Made by a program: the position numbers and the translations under genes | DNA from: Eledone cirrhosa | Taxonomy: Eukaryota | Direction of reading: 5' to 3' | NCBI GenBank assembly: GCA_964016885.1 | Contig: OZ024743.1 | Span: forward strand, 249,302,001 to 249,366,000 | DNA: 64,000 bases | Shown here: in pieces, positions 45,941 through 56,914 of the stretch | Position numbering within the stretch: the first letter of the stretch is position 1 | Layout: each line of letters starts with the position of its first letter | Notes under the pieces: generated by a model | Database searches by the model: none | What the model saw: only the letters and a program-made list of their open reading frames with translations | What the model was told of the DNA's origin: nothing

Positions 45941-46403
45941 CTTAACAGATGAAGAACAACAATGGTAACTAAATTGTTATAACATGAGTCTAACACATGT
46001 TAGCATGGAAGATGGACGTTAAATGAAGATGATGATGATGAATATTATAATAAGAATTTAACTGAAGCAATAGCGTGATATAAGTAATAATATAGTGCTG
46101 ATTACATATTCAAAAGAATAGGATTTAATATCAGATCAACAGTAGTATAAGAAGGACTGTAGTGTTGGCCAGGTAGCATGAAAACAAACAAAATAAATCA
46201 TATGTTCTTTTTATGGCATTGCATCATTATTGTTTTTACATCTGCTTTTCCATACTGATATAGGTTAGATGGGTGTTTTTGAGACAGTGTTTTACAACTT
46301 GATGCCTTTCTTGGTGCCAAGAACACAATGTATTTACCCATGTTAGATAGATGTTAAACGATGATGATGATGATGAAAATTATGAGATAAGGTGTAAAAT
46401 TAC

Positions 46404-46617
46404 CAAAATTCTTGATAATCATTCACAGGATTCTCTGAAGATATACAAAGAACATTAGAAGCCCAGAGCATCTTTATAACTTCAAGCTGCTTCCACAATA
46501 TCAGGTAAGATCTTAGAACAAGATAAATTTGTGTTGGTTCTATTTTCACTTTTACAGTTGATGCTGAATCCTGTGACTCTGCACCTTGTGTTTCTGGATC
46601 TAGCAGTGGAAAACCAG
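46404..46617 (-). CDS. CCDC162: Exon 7 of 7 visible, CCDC162-like gene (GFPLLDPETQ...LRSYLILWKQLEVIKMLWASNVL...DYQEF)
   Basis: Acceptor ctgtttttcAG, donor GTAATT. 214 nt, phase 1 in and phase 2 out, matching the preceding exon. The LILWKQLEV motif is recalled from CCDC162 homologues (not database-checked). Confidence 0.8.
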
Positions 46618-47448
46618 CTGAAAAACAGATAAAATATCCATAATATTATGAAGAAATATAGTTTATAAACAGAACACATGATACTAACAATAGTTTGTTT
46701 TATTTGTCGTCTTTAACACTTAACGTCCTGTACCACATAAAACTGCATTAACAAGACATTCTCAAAATGTACAAAATAGCACTGCATCACATTAAAGATT
46801 AAACTCTTTACTTTAGTTTACAGCAAATTTTCACACAATCTATTCACTGGTAAAGATACTGTAAACATTTTAATCAACAAACCCATGTTTAGACATTTCC
46901 TATGAAATCAATACTGGATGTTAAGAGTTAACTAATGATAGCTCTAGTCTAACTTCCTGAAATACTGTGATTTATTGGTAAATTTCATTTTTCATTGTGT
47001 GACATTTGAGATTTTTGCAGGGAGCTAGGCTTCTAAGAATTAAATTTTTGTCATTGTTGCTGGCTCACTTTAGCGAAATATCGAGAGATACTTGAGAGGA
47101 TGCTTAGCCATTCCAGTACTTCAGTATCTCTTATCCTGTGTATTGGTTTGCATCAAAAAGTTTTTGAAGGCAACAGCAGCATTCCCTGTCACAGTGTGTA
47201 ATCAAGTGTGCATGTATCCCTATCTTTTTTCCACCTCATTTTTATTGCTTTGTTTCTTTTCTAAATCATTTATTAGTTTTTAATTATTCATTATATAAAT
47301 TGCTCTACATTTCATTCTATATGTTGTTAATAAAATATATACTGGCGTCGATATAATCAACTAAATTCCTTTCAAGACAGTACCCCAAAATGACAGCAAT
47401 CTAATGATGGAAATCAGGAAAAGAAATAATTAAATGAACTGAACTCAC

Positions 47449-47654
47449 CAATTGGCACTGCAAGACTCTTGGTTTCCTCAGAACATGATTCAGTTTCATT
47501 CTTTGCAAGAATATTTCTATAAAGTGAACGAGTAACATTTACTTCCCGCACAGAATCTGAACCTAATACAAGCTTTCTGAATCCAGGAAACTCTGACAGA
47601 ACAACCTCTTCCATATGAAGACTCACTCCTAAAAGTTCTCCATTTGCAATAAGC
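47449..47654 (-). CDS. CCDC162: Exon 6, CCDC162-like (LIANGELLGVSLHMEEVVLSEFPG...SLAVPI)
   Basis: Acceptor ttttttatttAG, donor GTGAGT. 206 nt, phase 2 in and phase 1 out. Same frame as ORF 47414..47626. Confidence 0.85.
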
Positions 47655-47840
47655 CTAAATAAAAAAAAAAAAGAAGAAATTTATTTAAAATTTTGCAGCA
47701 AAATATCACCCTCATTTAACATCTGTTTTCCCATGTTGTTCCAATTTCAGCATGGTTTCTACAGCTGGTGGTCCTTCCAATCGTCAACCACGTTATGAAG
47801 TGAACTAGTTGTATTTTATCATGGCCCCAACATTATATAG

Positions 47841-48040
47841 TAATAATAATAATTGTTTCTACTTTTGGCACAAAGCCAGCAATTACCCAGGGCATTACTG
47901 GTACTTTATTTTATCGAGCCCGTAAGGATGAAAGGCAAAATTAACCTTGGCGGGATTTGAACTCAGAATGGCAAGGGCCGTAACTCTATGCGCCAAAGCA
48001 TGGCGTCTGACCCTCTACCGATACTGCCATTCCACCGCCA
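47841..48040 (-). mobile_element. tRNA-derived SINE with Nin-like central domain
   Basis: On the minus strand: A-box-like TGGCGGTGGAATGG, B-box GAGTTCAAATCC, then GCCTTTCATCCTTACGGG..CGATAAAATAAAGTACCAG. Confidence 0.8.
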
Positions 48041-48053
48041 TGATGAAGTTAAT

Positions 48054-48202
48054 AAGGCCAGCAATTACCCAATGCATTACTGGTACTTTATTTTATCGAC
48101 CCCGTAAGGATGAAAGGCAAAGTCAACCTCGGCGGGATTTGAACTCAGACCGTAAAGGGACGTAACTATGCTGGAAAGCATGGCGTCCGACCCTCTACCG
48201 AT
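48054..48202 (-). mobile_element. Second, tandem copy of the same SINE
   Basis: Near-identical to the core of 47841-48040. Confidence 0.8.
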
Positions 48203-49209
48203 GGTTTCTAATTTAGGCACAAGATCAGCCATATAGGGCAAGGAAGAATCAATTACATCAACCACTGTACACAACTAGTACTTTAATATATGAGCCTCAA
48301 TACTTCAACAGTTCTTTATTTTAGCAACTCCTGTACTTAATTGGTACATTATTTTATTGGCCCTGGAAGGATAAAAGGAAAATGTTATTTACAGTATAAT
48401 TTTTTAGATGATCAAAACAAAGTAACAGTATACTCAGTATCAAAAGGTATGATTATTCAAAAAGTTGATTAACCCTTTTGTATTTCTAATGAAATGCCCT
48501 GCCTGTGTGTTCAAATTAATTTTGTAAATACTTAAGAATTTGGAGGACATAAAAGAACTAAATTCTTTTCATTCTTAAGTTGGTGTTAAGAACAGAACAA
48601 AAGGTTCTGGCTTGAAATTATGATAAACAGTATTAATTAAGATATGAACCATTTAAAATTCTAAATTTTGTGTTATAGAGAGATGGTCTCAGGTATGTTG
48701 GTATGAAAATGTTAAAGCATTGTATAGGTATAATAAACATCTATCTTACTTCATCAGGTTATAGAAGTATTCTGGTTTTAAAATTGTAAAATTGTGGGTT
48801 TGATTCACAGACCAAATGTGTTATGTCCTTGAGCAAGTCATTTTATGTTGCTTCAGTCCATTCAGTTAAATATGAGTACCAGTAGTAGCTGGACAGGCAT
48901 CTTATATCCTCAGTCACTTAACACCATATGAAACCAAGATAAGCTCTGACCTAATGAACTTTTAGACTCAAGAAAGATGTTAACCTAACTGCATTTGAAT
49001 AAACTATTGAAAAATTACTTTAATACTAATATAGTTAACTTAACATATAGTTTATACACAAAATTATATTAGAAGATTCTAATTTAAATAGGAACCTTTT
49101 AAACTTGGTGATTTTGTTCCATAGAACCAGAGGTGTTTTTAGGCAGGTTAAATATGAGACATAAAATAATACTTTGAAAATACAAGGAAAAAGTAATGTT
49201 TCAACATAC

Positions 49210-49299
49210 TTGTCTAAATCTTTGAGACTAGCCAAACACAATTGCATACTTTGGTCTATATGATACCAATGAGGAAGCATTTTTGGATAAGGACCATTT
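49210..49299 (-). CDS. CCDC162: Exon 5, CCDC162-like (NGPYPKMLPHWYHIDQSMQLCLASLKDLDK)
   Basis: Acceptor ttcttttttAG, donor GTATGT. 90 nt, phase 2/2, joins both neighbours in frame. Confidence 0.85.
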
Positions 49300-49530
49300 C
49301 TAAAAAAGAATATACAATTTATTCATAAAAAAGGTGTAGAACTCATAATTTGAAAATTCAAACTGTATACTGAGTGCATGTAGATATATTTATTATGCAT
49401 CTCATCATGATTGAATGTAAGAATTTACAGAATCATACAATACATGTATAGACAGAAAAACTGAAATTCATAATTAGCATACACATAGCAAATATGTTTG
49501 ATGTGTAATCAAAATATATTCTAATCATAG

Positions 49531-49685
49531 ACATGGTTGTGTGGTTATGACATTCACTTCCCTTTCATGTGGTTTTAGGTTCTATTCCACTATGTGACAA
49601 CTTGGGCAAGTGTCTTCTATGATAGCATCGGACCAACCAATGCCTTGTGAGAGAATTTGGTAGATGGAAACTAAAATCTTCCCCC
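49531..49685 (+). mobile_element. Degenerate SINE of a third family
   Basis: tgg.tgtgtggtta...cttgggcaagtgtcttcta...gccttgtgag..atttggtagatggaaact. Related copies at ~52335-52470 (minus) and ~57780-57920. Confidence 0.6.
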
Positions 49686-50403
49686 TACAGATAATTGAAA
49701 GCCACCAACACATGCACAGACACATGTGAAAATATATACACACACACACACACAAACATACACACTCATATACATAAAAACAATAGAAAAAAGTCACTTA
49801 CACACATGCATGTAAATACACTCATCCAACACACACGTGAAAATATACACACACACACACACACAATTGTATGCACTTACATACATAGAAACAACAGAAA
49901 AAAAAGCCCCATACACACACCAACAATATAAGATTCTGAGACGCCCACGTGTTCACACACACACACAGACTGAAGCAACACGCATCTACCAATTTCGTCC
50001 CTTCGACAATCAAGAAGGGCATCCAACCATAGATTTCTGTTTCAAAATGACTTAACCAACCCAAGCCAACATGAAAAAATTGAAGTAAAACTGATGATGA
50101 TGATTATGATTATGATTATATATGTTCTATTGTACATAAAGTATTTCCTAGACCACATTACATATGTCTTTTCACACATAACAAGTGTTCTTTTAAATAT
50201 TATATGTACTTTAATGCACAACACACATCATGCCTGTTCTATTCTTCTTCAACTCCTTTTGCTCTCTATGAAGCATTGGGAAATGAAAGATCCCCATTCT
50301 GCATGGTTGCAACCCACGTCATGGGCCTGTTCCTCAGTTCTGTAGCAATTTTGATTAATAAGGGTAAGGTTACACAACACTACAAAATATTAATTAAATC
50401 AGT

Positions 50404-50552
50404 GTATTACTGGTACTTCATTTTATCGACCCCGTAAGAATGACAGGCAAAGTTAATCTCGGTGGGATTTGAACTCAGTCCATAAAGGGACGTAACTCTT
50501 TGCTGCAAAGCATGGCGTCCGACCCTCTACCAATACTGCCAATCCATCGCCA
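50404..50552 (-). mobile_element. Third copy of the same SINE
   Basis: tactggtacttcattttatcgaccccgtaag...gggatttgaactcag...gaccctctacc. Confidence 0.8.
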
Positions 50553-50799
50553 TCACTTTCATAATAATGTCATTTCTTTTATGACAGGACTTTTTCTACA
50601 GCTGGACGCCCTTCCTGACATCAGCCCATGCTTTATTTTCAGTATGGTAGATAGCAGTAATGCTTTTAGCATTGCATTGCAATGCTACAGGGCTTATTAT
50701 TTACTAGCTGAGGTACCCAGCTTCACCAAGGTTAACAAATGATAAGAGAAGACCGGCAGAAGAGAAAACGTCTGTATTGAGTGCATTGTCTTGTTTACA

Positions 50800-50888
50800 G
50801 TGTGTGTTTATTGTGTGTGTGTGTGTGTATGTTTGACTGTGTTTGTGTATATATATATATATATATATATGTGTTTGTGTGAGTGTTC

Positions 50889-50940
<52 letters not shown>

Positions 50941-50988
50941 ATATATATATGTGTGTGTGCTTGTGTGAGTGTTCATGTGTGTGTGTGT
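50800..50988. repeat. Compound (GT)n/(AT)n microsatellite
   Basis: Direct inspection. Confidence 0.95.
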
Positions 50989-51755
50989 AAACCACCGTTG
51001 GAATCGGAGACATAGGTCGCGAAACACGATCATCACTGACAACGAACTCGCAGAGAGAATCCCTTATGGTTGATTCCCAGCCTGCTAGAAATAGCAGTCA
51101 GGCTGGTTAGCATACGTGATATGTCTTTCTTCTTCTTTGGTGTTATAAAATTAGTATCAATAAACTTTCCTGGATACACTCTTATCCCAATCCTGTACAT
51201 ACTTTCCGATAACGTGCTTTGATGTCGGTTTGAATAGTTTTTATGATTCCCCAGTTCAGCAGCCAGTATGTTAAAGAAAATTGATAGTTACACCAATAAA
51301 GGTTGAACAGAGAACAAATTTTTTAACAAACTTTACAATAATTTGCACAACCTTAATGGAAATTCCAAGCAACAGAAAATACATAAATTACATTGTTAGA
51401 GCCTCAGAGTATACAATATTTTTTGTTCGGCTCTCGGGAGCAAAGATGAAGAGATTGTTTGGCAAGCTCACTCTAGAGCATCCTACATACAATTGACCAT
51501 GGTTTTCTCAGATGAAGGCCAGCCACTTTTAGGGTTTGACACTGAGCTTTGTTGATGTTAATCGCGAAGCTTAGTCTCTCTGTAGCTCTAGTAACATTTT
51601 TTCTTCTGGAAAATCTGATCTTGTGGCCAGGCTATGACTTTTTGGGTGGCATATCGGCAGTAACAATGACGATAAGCCGTCTGTGCTTTTGTGAAATAAA
51701 TACGTTTGTTTATATTTTGTTTTTGTGTATGCAAAAATATCTGTACACGAATATA

Positions 51756-51801
<46 letters not shown>

Positions 51802-52104
51802 TAACAGACTAAAGTTTAAGCAAAGAATCGTTGCTTTCACCCTTAATGGGATCTTCTGAAACTAAAAACATCAATCTTTGAACGCAGAAGTAAATATTTC
51901 AAAAAACGTTGCAACCGAAATAAAACAGGAAGACGATACTTTGGTTCGTGAAGACGTTAGGAATGTCGTATAACTGGAAGTGTTGACATTTGAAAATTTT
52001 AAAGGAGTGAATATTTAAATAATATCTTTTAACAAAATTCAGTAGACAAAAATACGCTCACTTTTTTACATGGAAAAAGTGACATCTATGGGGCAAATTT
52101 GGTG

Positions 52105-52188
52105 CCGTTTGGTCCAGCCGTTTGGTCCAGCCATTTGGTCCAGCCGTTTGGTCCAGCCGCTTGGTTCAGCCACTTGGTTCAGCCGCTT
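52105..52188. repeat. 13-bp tandem repeat (GCCGTTTGGTCCA), ~6 copies
   Basis: Direct inspection. Confidence 0.9.
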
Positions 52189-52504
52189 CATGGAAAGTTT
52201 GTTACCTACATACGGCCGTCAGCTTTATAGTATAAATGAGTGACTGCCATTGTGGGCTTCTAATACCCTTGCAAGCAGGGAAAAGCGGACGTAAAATGAT
52301 GATGATGATGATGATGCTCGCAGTGACCCACACATGACAAGCTTCCTTACAGTTTCCATCTACAAAATTCATTCATAAGGTTTTTGTTGACCTGGAGTTA
52401 AAGTAAAAAAACACTTGCTTGGGGTGTGACACGGAGTATTGAGCTTTCTTAACAAAACAGCCATGCCTGTACCTATGACATTACAAGATAAACATGAGAC
52501 TTAC

Positions 52505-52650
52505 CGACCAAGGAAACTTCGCCAAGGATAATGTAACTGTGCTACACTGTCATAAGCTTCAAGTGGTTCGGGTACTTTTAAGTAGGTGCTGTATACACTT
52601 GTATGTTGTGTATTAGCTAAAGAAGTCAAACCTTGGTGTGTATTTACAGC
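52505..52650 (-). CDS. CCDC162: Exon 4, CCDC162-like (AVNTHQGLTSLANTQHTSVYSTYLKVPEPLEAYDSVAQLHYPWRSFLGR)
   Basis: Acceptor tatattccAG, donor GTAAGT. 146 nt, phase 0 in and phase 2 out. Not in the ORF track; found by manual translation. Confidence 0.85.
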
Positions 52651-52963
52651 CTGGAATATAGATTAGAAAACTCATACATCTGTTAGCAATAAATAGTGTT
52701 CTGTTTATAATGACTTCTAGTTTTGGCATATGGCCAACAATTTGGAAGCAGGGCAGAGTTGATTATATCACCACAGTACTTGAATGGTACTTATTTTATC
52801 AAGAATGGAAAGGAATGCAGTGATCAGTTCATAATGAATGCAGACTATATATATGTATGGACCCATAACTCCTGATTGAATCATAGAGACACTATTGTGA
52901 CATACTTGGGCCTTCAAAGCTGGTGGAGACCTCCATTTGCAGGTCTGATCACAGACAGTTTCT

Positions 52964-52965
<2 letters not shown>

Positions 52966-53006
<41 letters not shown>
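52966..53006. repeat. (TA)n microsatellite, left PLE flank
   Basis: Direct inspection. Confidence 0.95.
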
Positions 53007-53009
<3 letters not shown>

Positions 53010-53100
53010 GAGGTTATATTTAATTTGTTGGGATTCAACAAGCTTAAACATTTTTATAACCGATATAAAGCACTCAACAGCTTAGTGGAGTAAATATACA

Positions 53101-54292
53101 ATATATTAACAAATGGAAACTATATTTATAAAACCATATTTATTTTATTATTCATATTTCAAGGGCCGCCAAGGCAGATTATGGTGCGTTTTCATCACAT
53201 AAAATACAATACAGATTTGTTTTATAAATAAATATTGACATACCCTGAAAAAAGACAACCCTAACGGTTGGAGCTTCCTGGATAGTGGAGATATTACATT
53301 ATTGAGGGTGATAGAAAATTATGATTGAGTATGCAAATGAGTGTCCGAAAGATTGAAAAGATAACGGTTTATTTAAATTAAACTGTTGTAAGAAGGTGAT
53401 ATGTGATGGAGAGAGAAAAAAAGAAGGAGCGATTACATATATTTTTGACAGTGAAAATATTGTGAAGAGCGTAAGTATATTTTTAAGTGAGAGAAGATAT
53501 TAGTTTTAAAGGACAAATAGAGCGTAAGTATATTTACGTGAGAGGAGAAATGAAGAAAAGAATAGCGTGGAGGAATAATATTTATAATGCAATATTCGTT
53601 ATGTTTTGATTATAATATTTATAATGATAGGTTGAAAAATTAGATTAAAGATTTAATTTAATAAATTAATAATTAGCTTAAATATGTATGTTAAGGATTA
53701 TAAATTATTAAAAAATATATATTATTTTACATTAGAGCAAATCTAGTATAGTTTATTTTATTAAAAGTTGTAAGTCAAAAATTTAAAACAACCAAATAAT
53801 TCTAAATTTATGGAAAATTTTCGAGAGTTTACAAAAGAATAACCACTTAGTTATATTATAAAAACAGTAAAGGAGCGTAAAGGAAGTTATAAGTGATTTT
53901 TAAGAACTCAGATGACTCTAAGGATTAAATGCTATAAAGTTAAGAAGTTAAATTTTCAATCTTAAGAATATAATTAGAACATGAACCTTATGTTATTTTA
54001 TACGAAGTCACAAAATGTACTTGCTATAAAGTTAAAACATTTAAAAAAAAAATTTTTTTCTTAAGAATATATTTAAAGCATAAATCATAGGTTACACCAC
54101 ATATATATAAAAAATCATATGTTTTTCACATATATATAAACATTTGGATATACATATTAAAAACGTTTGAAAATATGATAATATAAAAATATAGTTTTTC
54201 TATATTTTTCAAAGGAATTTTCAAAAGATTTTCTTAAACCCTTCAGTAAGATTTTCAAGAAAAAATGTTCCTTAAAGGAGTTTCAAGTAATC
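53101..54292 (-). repeat. Left arm of long inverted repeat (inverted copy of the PLE 3' non-coding region)
   Basis: Reverse complement of 55657-56837, with a few substitutions and one 11-nt indel near 54223. Confidence 0.97.
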
Positions 54293-54294
54293 TT

Positions 54295-55553
54295 GATATT
54301 ACTATGGGATCATCTGACTCGACACAAATAACGGATCTTGTGGGGCTTTTTATTAACAATACTTTACATAGGAAAATACCGGAGATGACCGGTGGTTTAT
54401 ATCGTGACGATATGCTTTTACTTATAGAAAATAATAATAATTGTGAAATAAATAGGAAAAGAAAAAAAATTATACAATTTTTTAATTGCCTTAATCTTAA
54501 AGTAGAAGTAGAGAATAATTATAAAATAGTTAATTTTTTAGATGTAACTTTAAACCTTAACACTGGTCTTTATTATCCATTTCATAAAATAAATGAGAAT
54601 CTAAACTATGTTAACTTTAATTCCAATCACCCCAGATCCGTTAAAAACACTATTGTAAATTCTGTGCAGCAACGTATTTCTAGAATTTCAGCTAATAAAA
54701 ATATATTTGAAGATAAGGCACAATATTATAATGAAGCGTTAGGTAGAGCAGGCTATAGTAATAAAATTAAATACATTGATAATAAGGATATGCCAACTAA
54801 CCATAACTATAAATATTATAATAGAAAACCTTACACTAACTCGAAAACCAAAAGAAAAAATAGAACTAGAAATATATTATGGTTCGCTCCCCCTTTCTCA
54901 TTAAGTATTAAAACTCCTATTGCTAAATTATTCTTTAAAGCTCTAGATAAATGCTTTCCTAGAACACACAGATATTACTCAATATTTAATAGACATACTA
55001 TTAAACTCTCATATTCCACAACTATGAACCTAGCGCAGAATATTAATAGAATTAATAATAGAAACTTAAAACCTAACCAGAATAGCATTAATACCCCTAG
55101 CAATATCCAATATAATGTTACAGCTCCCAGTAATTTAAATTTAGATAAATGTAATTGTAGAAATAAATCTAACTGTCCTCTAAATAGTTTAGTTAAAAAT
55201 ATAGTATAAAATTGTAATGTTAAAACAAATGTAAACTCCTTTAATTATGTAGGCTCTACCTCCACAGACTTCAAGTCCCGTTTTAATAACCACAAATGTT
55301 CTTTTACGAATCTTCAACTTCTCCATCTAACTTACTGTGGGACCTGAAATCAAAGAGCATTAACTATTCTTTACTTTGGAATATTATCTCCAAAGCTCCT
55401 TCATACTCTGCTTTATCCAAAAATTGTTCCCTTTGTGTCGAAGAAATATTCTTTATACTAAAAAGTAAGAACTCTATTAATTTGAGGAACAATTTATTTA
55501 GTTCTTGCAAACATCGTTTAAATTCAACTTTTAAATATATATATAAAATGTAA
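54295..55553 (+). pseudogene. Disrupted Penelope-like RT C-terminal half, linker and GIY-YIG endonuclease
   Basis: Motifs DITMGS, GLYRDD (catalytic), NFLDVT, SNHP, ILWFAPPFS and CNCRNKSNCPL, then IV*NCNVK...YVG...FKSRFNNH (GIY-YIG with an in-frame TAA at 55207-55209). A frameshift near 55310 leads into ...W...CSLC..E...N...CKH. Confidence 0.9.
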
Positions 55554-55656
55554 TATACGACTTATCTCTTTTACATAATGTCTTCTATATCCATATATGA
55601 TTCATATACTTAATTTATTATTAGACCTATCGATAGATTATAAAATTCCTTTATAC

Positions 55657-56831
55657 GATTGCCTGAAACTCCTTTAAGGAACATTTTTTCTTGAAAATCT
55701 TACTGAAGGGTTTAAGAAAATTCCTTTGAAAAATATAGAAAAACTATATTTTTATATTATTATATTTTCAAACGTTTTTAATATGTATATCCAAATGTTT
55801 ATATATATGTGAAAAACATATGATTTTTTATATATATGTGGTGTAACCTATGATTTATGCTTTAAATATATTCTTAAGAAAAAATTTTTTTTTAAAAATG
55901 TTTTAACTTTATAGCAAGTACATTTTGTGACTTCGTATAAAATAACATAAGGTTCATGTTCTAATTATATTCTTAAGATTGAAAATTTAACTTCTTAACT
56001 TTATAGCATTTAATCCTTAGAGTCATCTGAGTTCTTAAAAATCACTTATAACTTCCTTTACGCTCCCTTACTGTTTTTATAATATAACTAAGTGGTTATT
56101 CTTTTGTAAACTCTCGAAAATTTTCCATAAATTTAGAATTATTTGGTTGTTTTAAATTTTTGACTTACAACTTTTAATAAAATAAACTATACTAGATTTG
56201 CTCTAATGTAAAATAATATATATTTTTTAATAATTTATAATCCTTAACATACATATTTAAGCTAATTATTAATTTATTAAATTAAATCTTTAATCTAATT
56301 TTTCAACCTATCATTATAAATATTATAATCAAAACATAACGAATATTGCATTATAAATATTATTCCTCCACGCTATTCTTTTCTTCATTTCTCCTCTCAC
56401 GTAAATATACTTACGCTCTATTTGTCCTTTAAAACTAATATCTTCTCTCACTTAAAAATATACTTACGCTCTTCACAATATTTTCACTGTCAAAAATATA
56501 TGTAATCGCTCCTTCTTTTTTTCTCTCTCCATCACATATCACCTTCTTACAACAGTTTAATTTAAATAAACCGTTATCTTTTCAATCTTTCGGACACTCA
56601 TTTGCATACTCAATCATAATTTTCTATCACCCTCAATAATGTAATATCTCCACTATCCAGGAAGCTCCAACCGTTAGGGTTGACTTTTTTCAGGGTATGT
56701 CAATATTTATTTATAAAACAAATCTGTATTGTATTTTATGTGATGAAAACGCACCATAATCTGCCTTGGCGGCCCTTGAAATATGAATAATAAAATAAAT
56801 ATGGTTTTATAAATATAGTTTCCATTTGTTA

Positions 56832-56837
<6 letters not shown>
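55657..56837 (+). repeat. Right arm of long inverted repeat (PLE 3' non-coding / pLTR-like region)
   Basis: For example, ctgccttggcggcccttgaaat at 56761 is the reverse complement of atttcaagggccgccaaggcag at 53156. Confidence 0.97.

Positions 56838-56868
<31 letters not shown>
56832..56868. repeat. (TA)n(GA)n microsatellite, right PLE flank
   Basis: Direct inspection. Confidence 0.95.
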
Positions 56869-56914
56869 AGGGAAGGGGAAAAGAGATCTAGATGAAGAAT
56901 TAACACTAGTTATT

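Larger units (their letters stand above)
50704..52236 (-). mobile_element. Second, related Helitron-like element (boundaries approximate)
   Basis: 3' CTAG at 50704-50707 is preceded by a degenerate GC-rich hairpin. Internal 51695-51915 matches 58283-58502. The 5' end reads ...ctttatagtataaat on the plus strand (TC apparently mutated). Confidence 0.6.
53007..56837 (+). mobile_element. 5'-truncated Penelope-like retroelement (C-terminal EN+, Hydra-clade-like) with an inverted copy of its 3' region at the 5' end, inserted in (TA)n
   Basis: RT/thumb and GIY-YIG coding remnants at 54295-55553. Arms 53101-54292 and 55657-56837 are reverse complements. (TA)n runs flank both ends. Confidence 0.9.

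Noticed and set aside
46482-46679. Listed 65-aa minus-strand ORF as the coding frame
   Set aside because: The splice-consistent frame of exon 46404-46617 is different and stop-free; the listed ORF is an overlapping off-frame read.
49725-49970. Diverged ~110-bp tandem duplication around (CA)n tracts
   Set aside because: It is real but ordinary microsatellite-associated duplication, with no sign of function.
49582-51042. Cluster of 60-112-aa ORFs rich in HT/CV/YI
   Set aside because: These are translations of (CA)n, (TA)n and (ATG)n microsatellites and SINE fragments.
56738-56790. Hammerhead ribozyme or SECIS in the PLE arm (GTGATGA...GAAA; ATGA-N11-AA-N18-GA)
   Set aside because: The core is GTGATGA, not CTGATGA, and I cannot form convincing stem II or SECIS helix pairing. 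The in-frame stop in the ORF is TAA, not TGA.
53101-56837. DNA transposon or Polinton with long TIRs
   Set aside because: The interior encodes Penelope-type RT and GIY-YIG, with no transposase or integrase. The inverted arm joins directly into the truncated RT.
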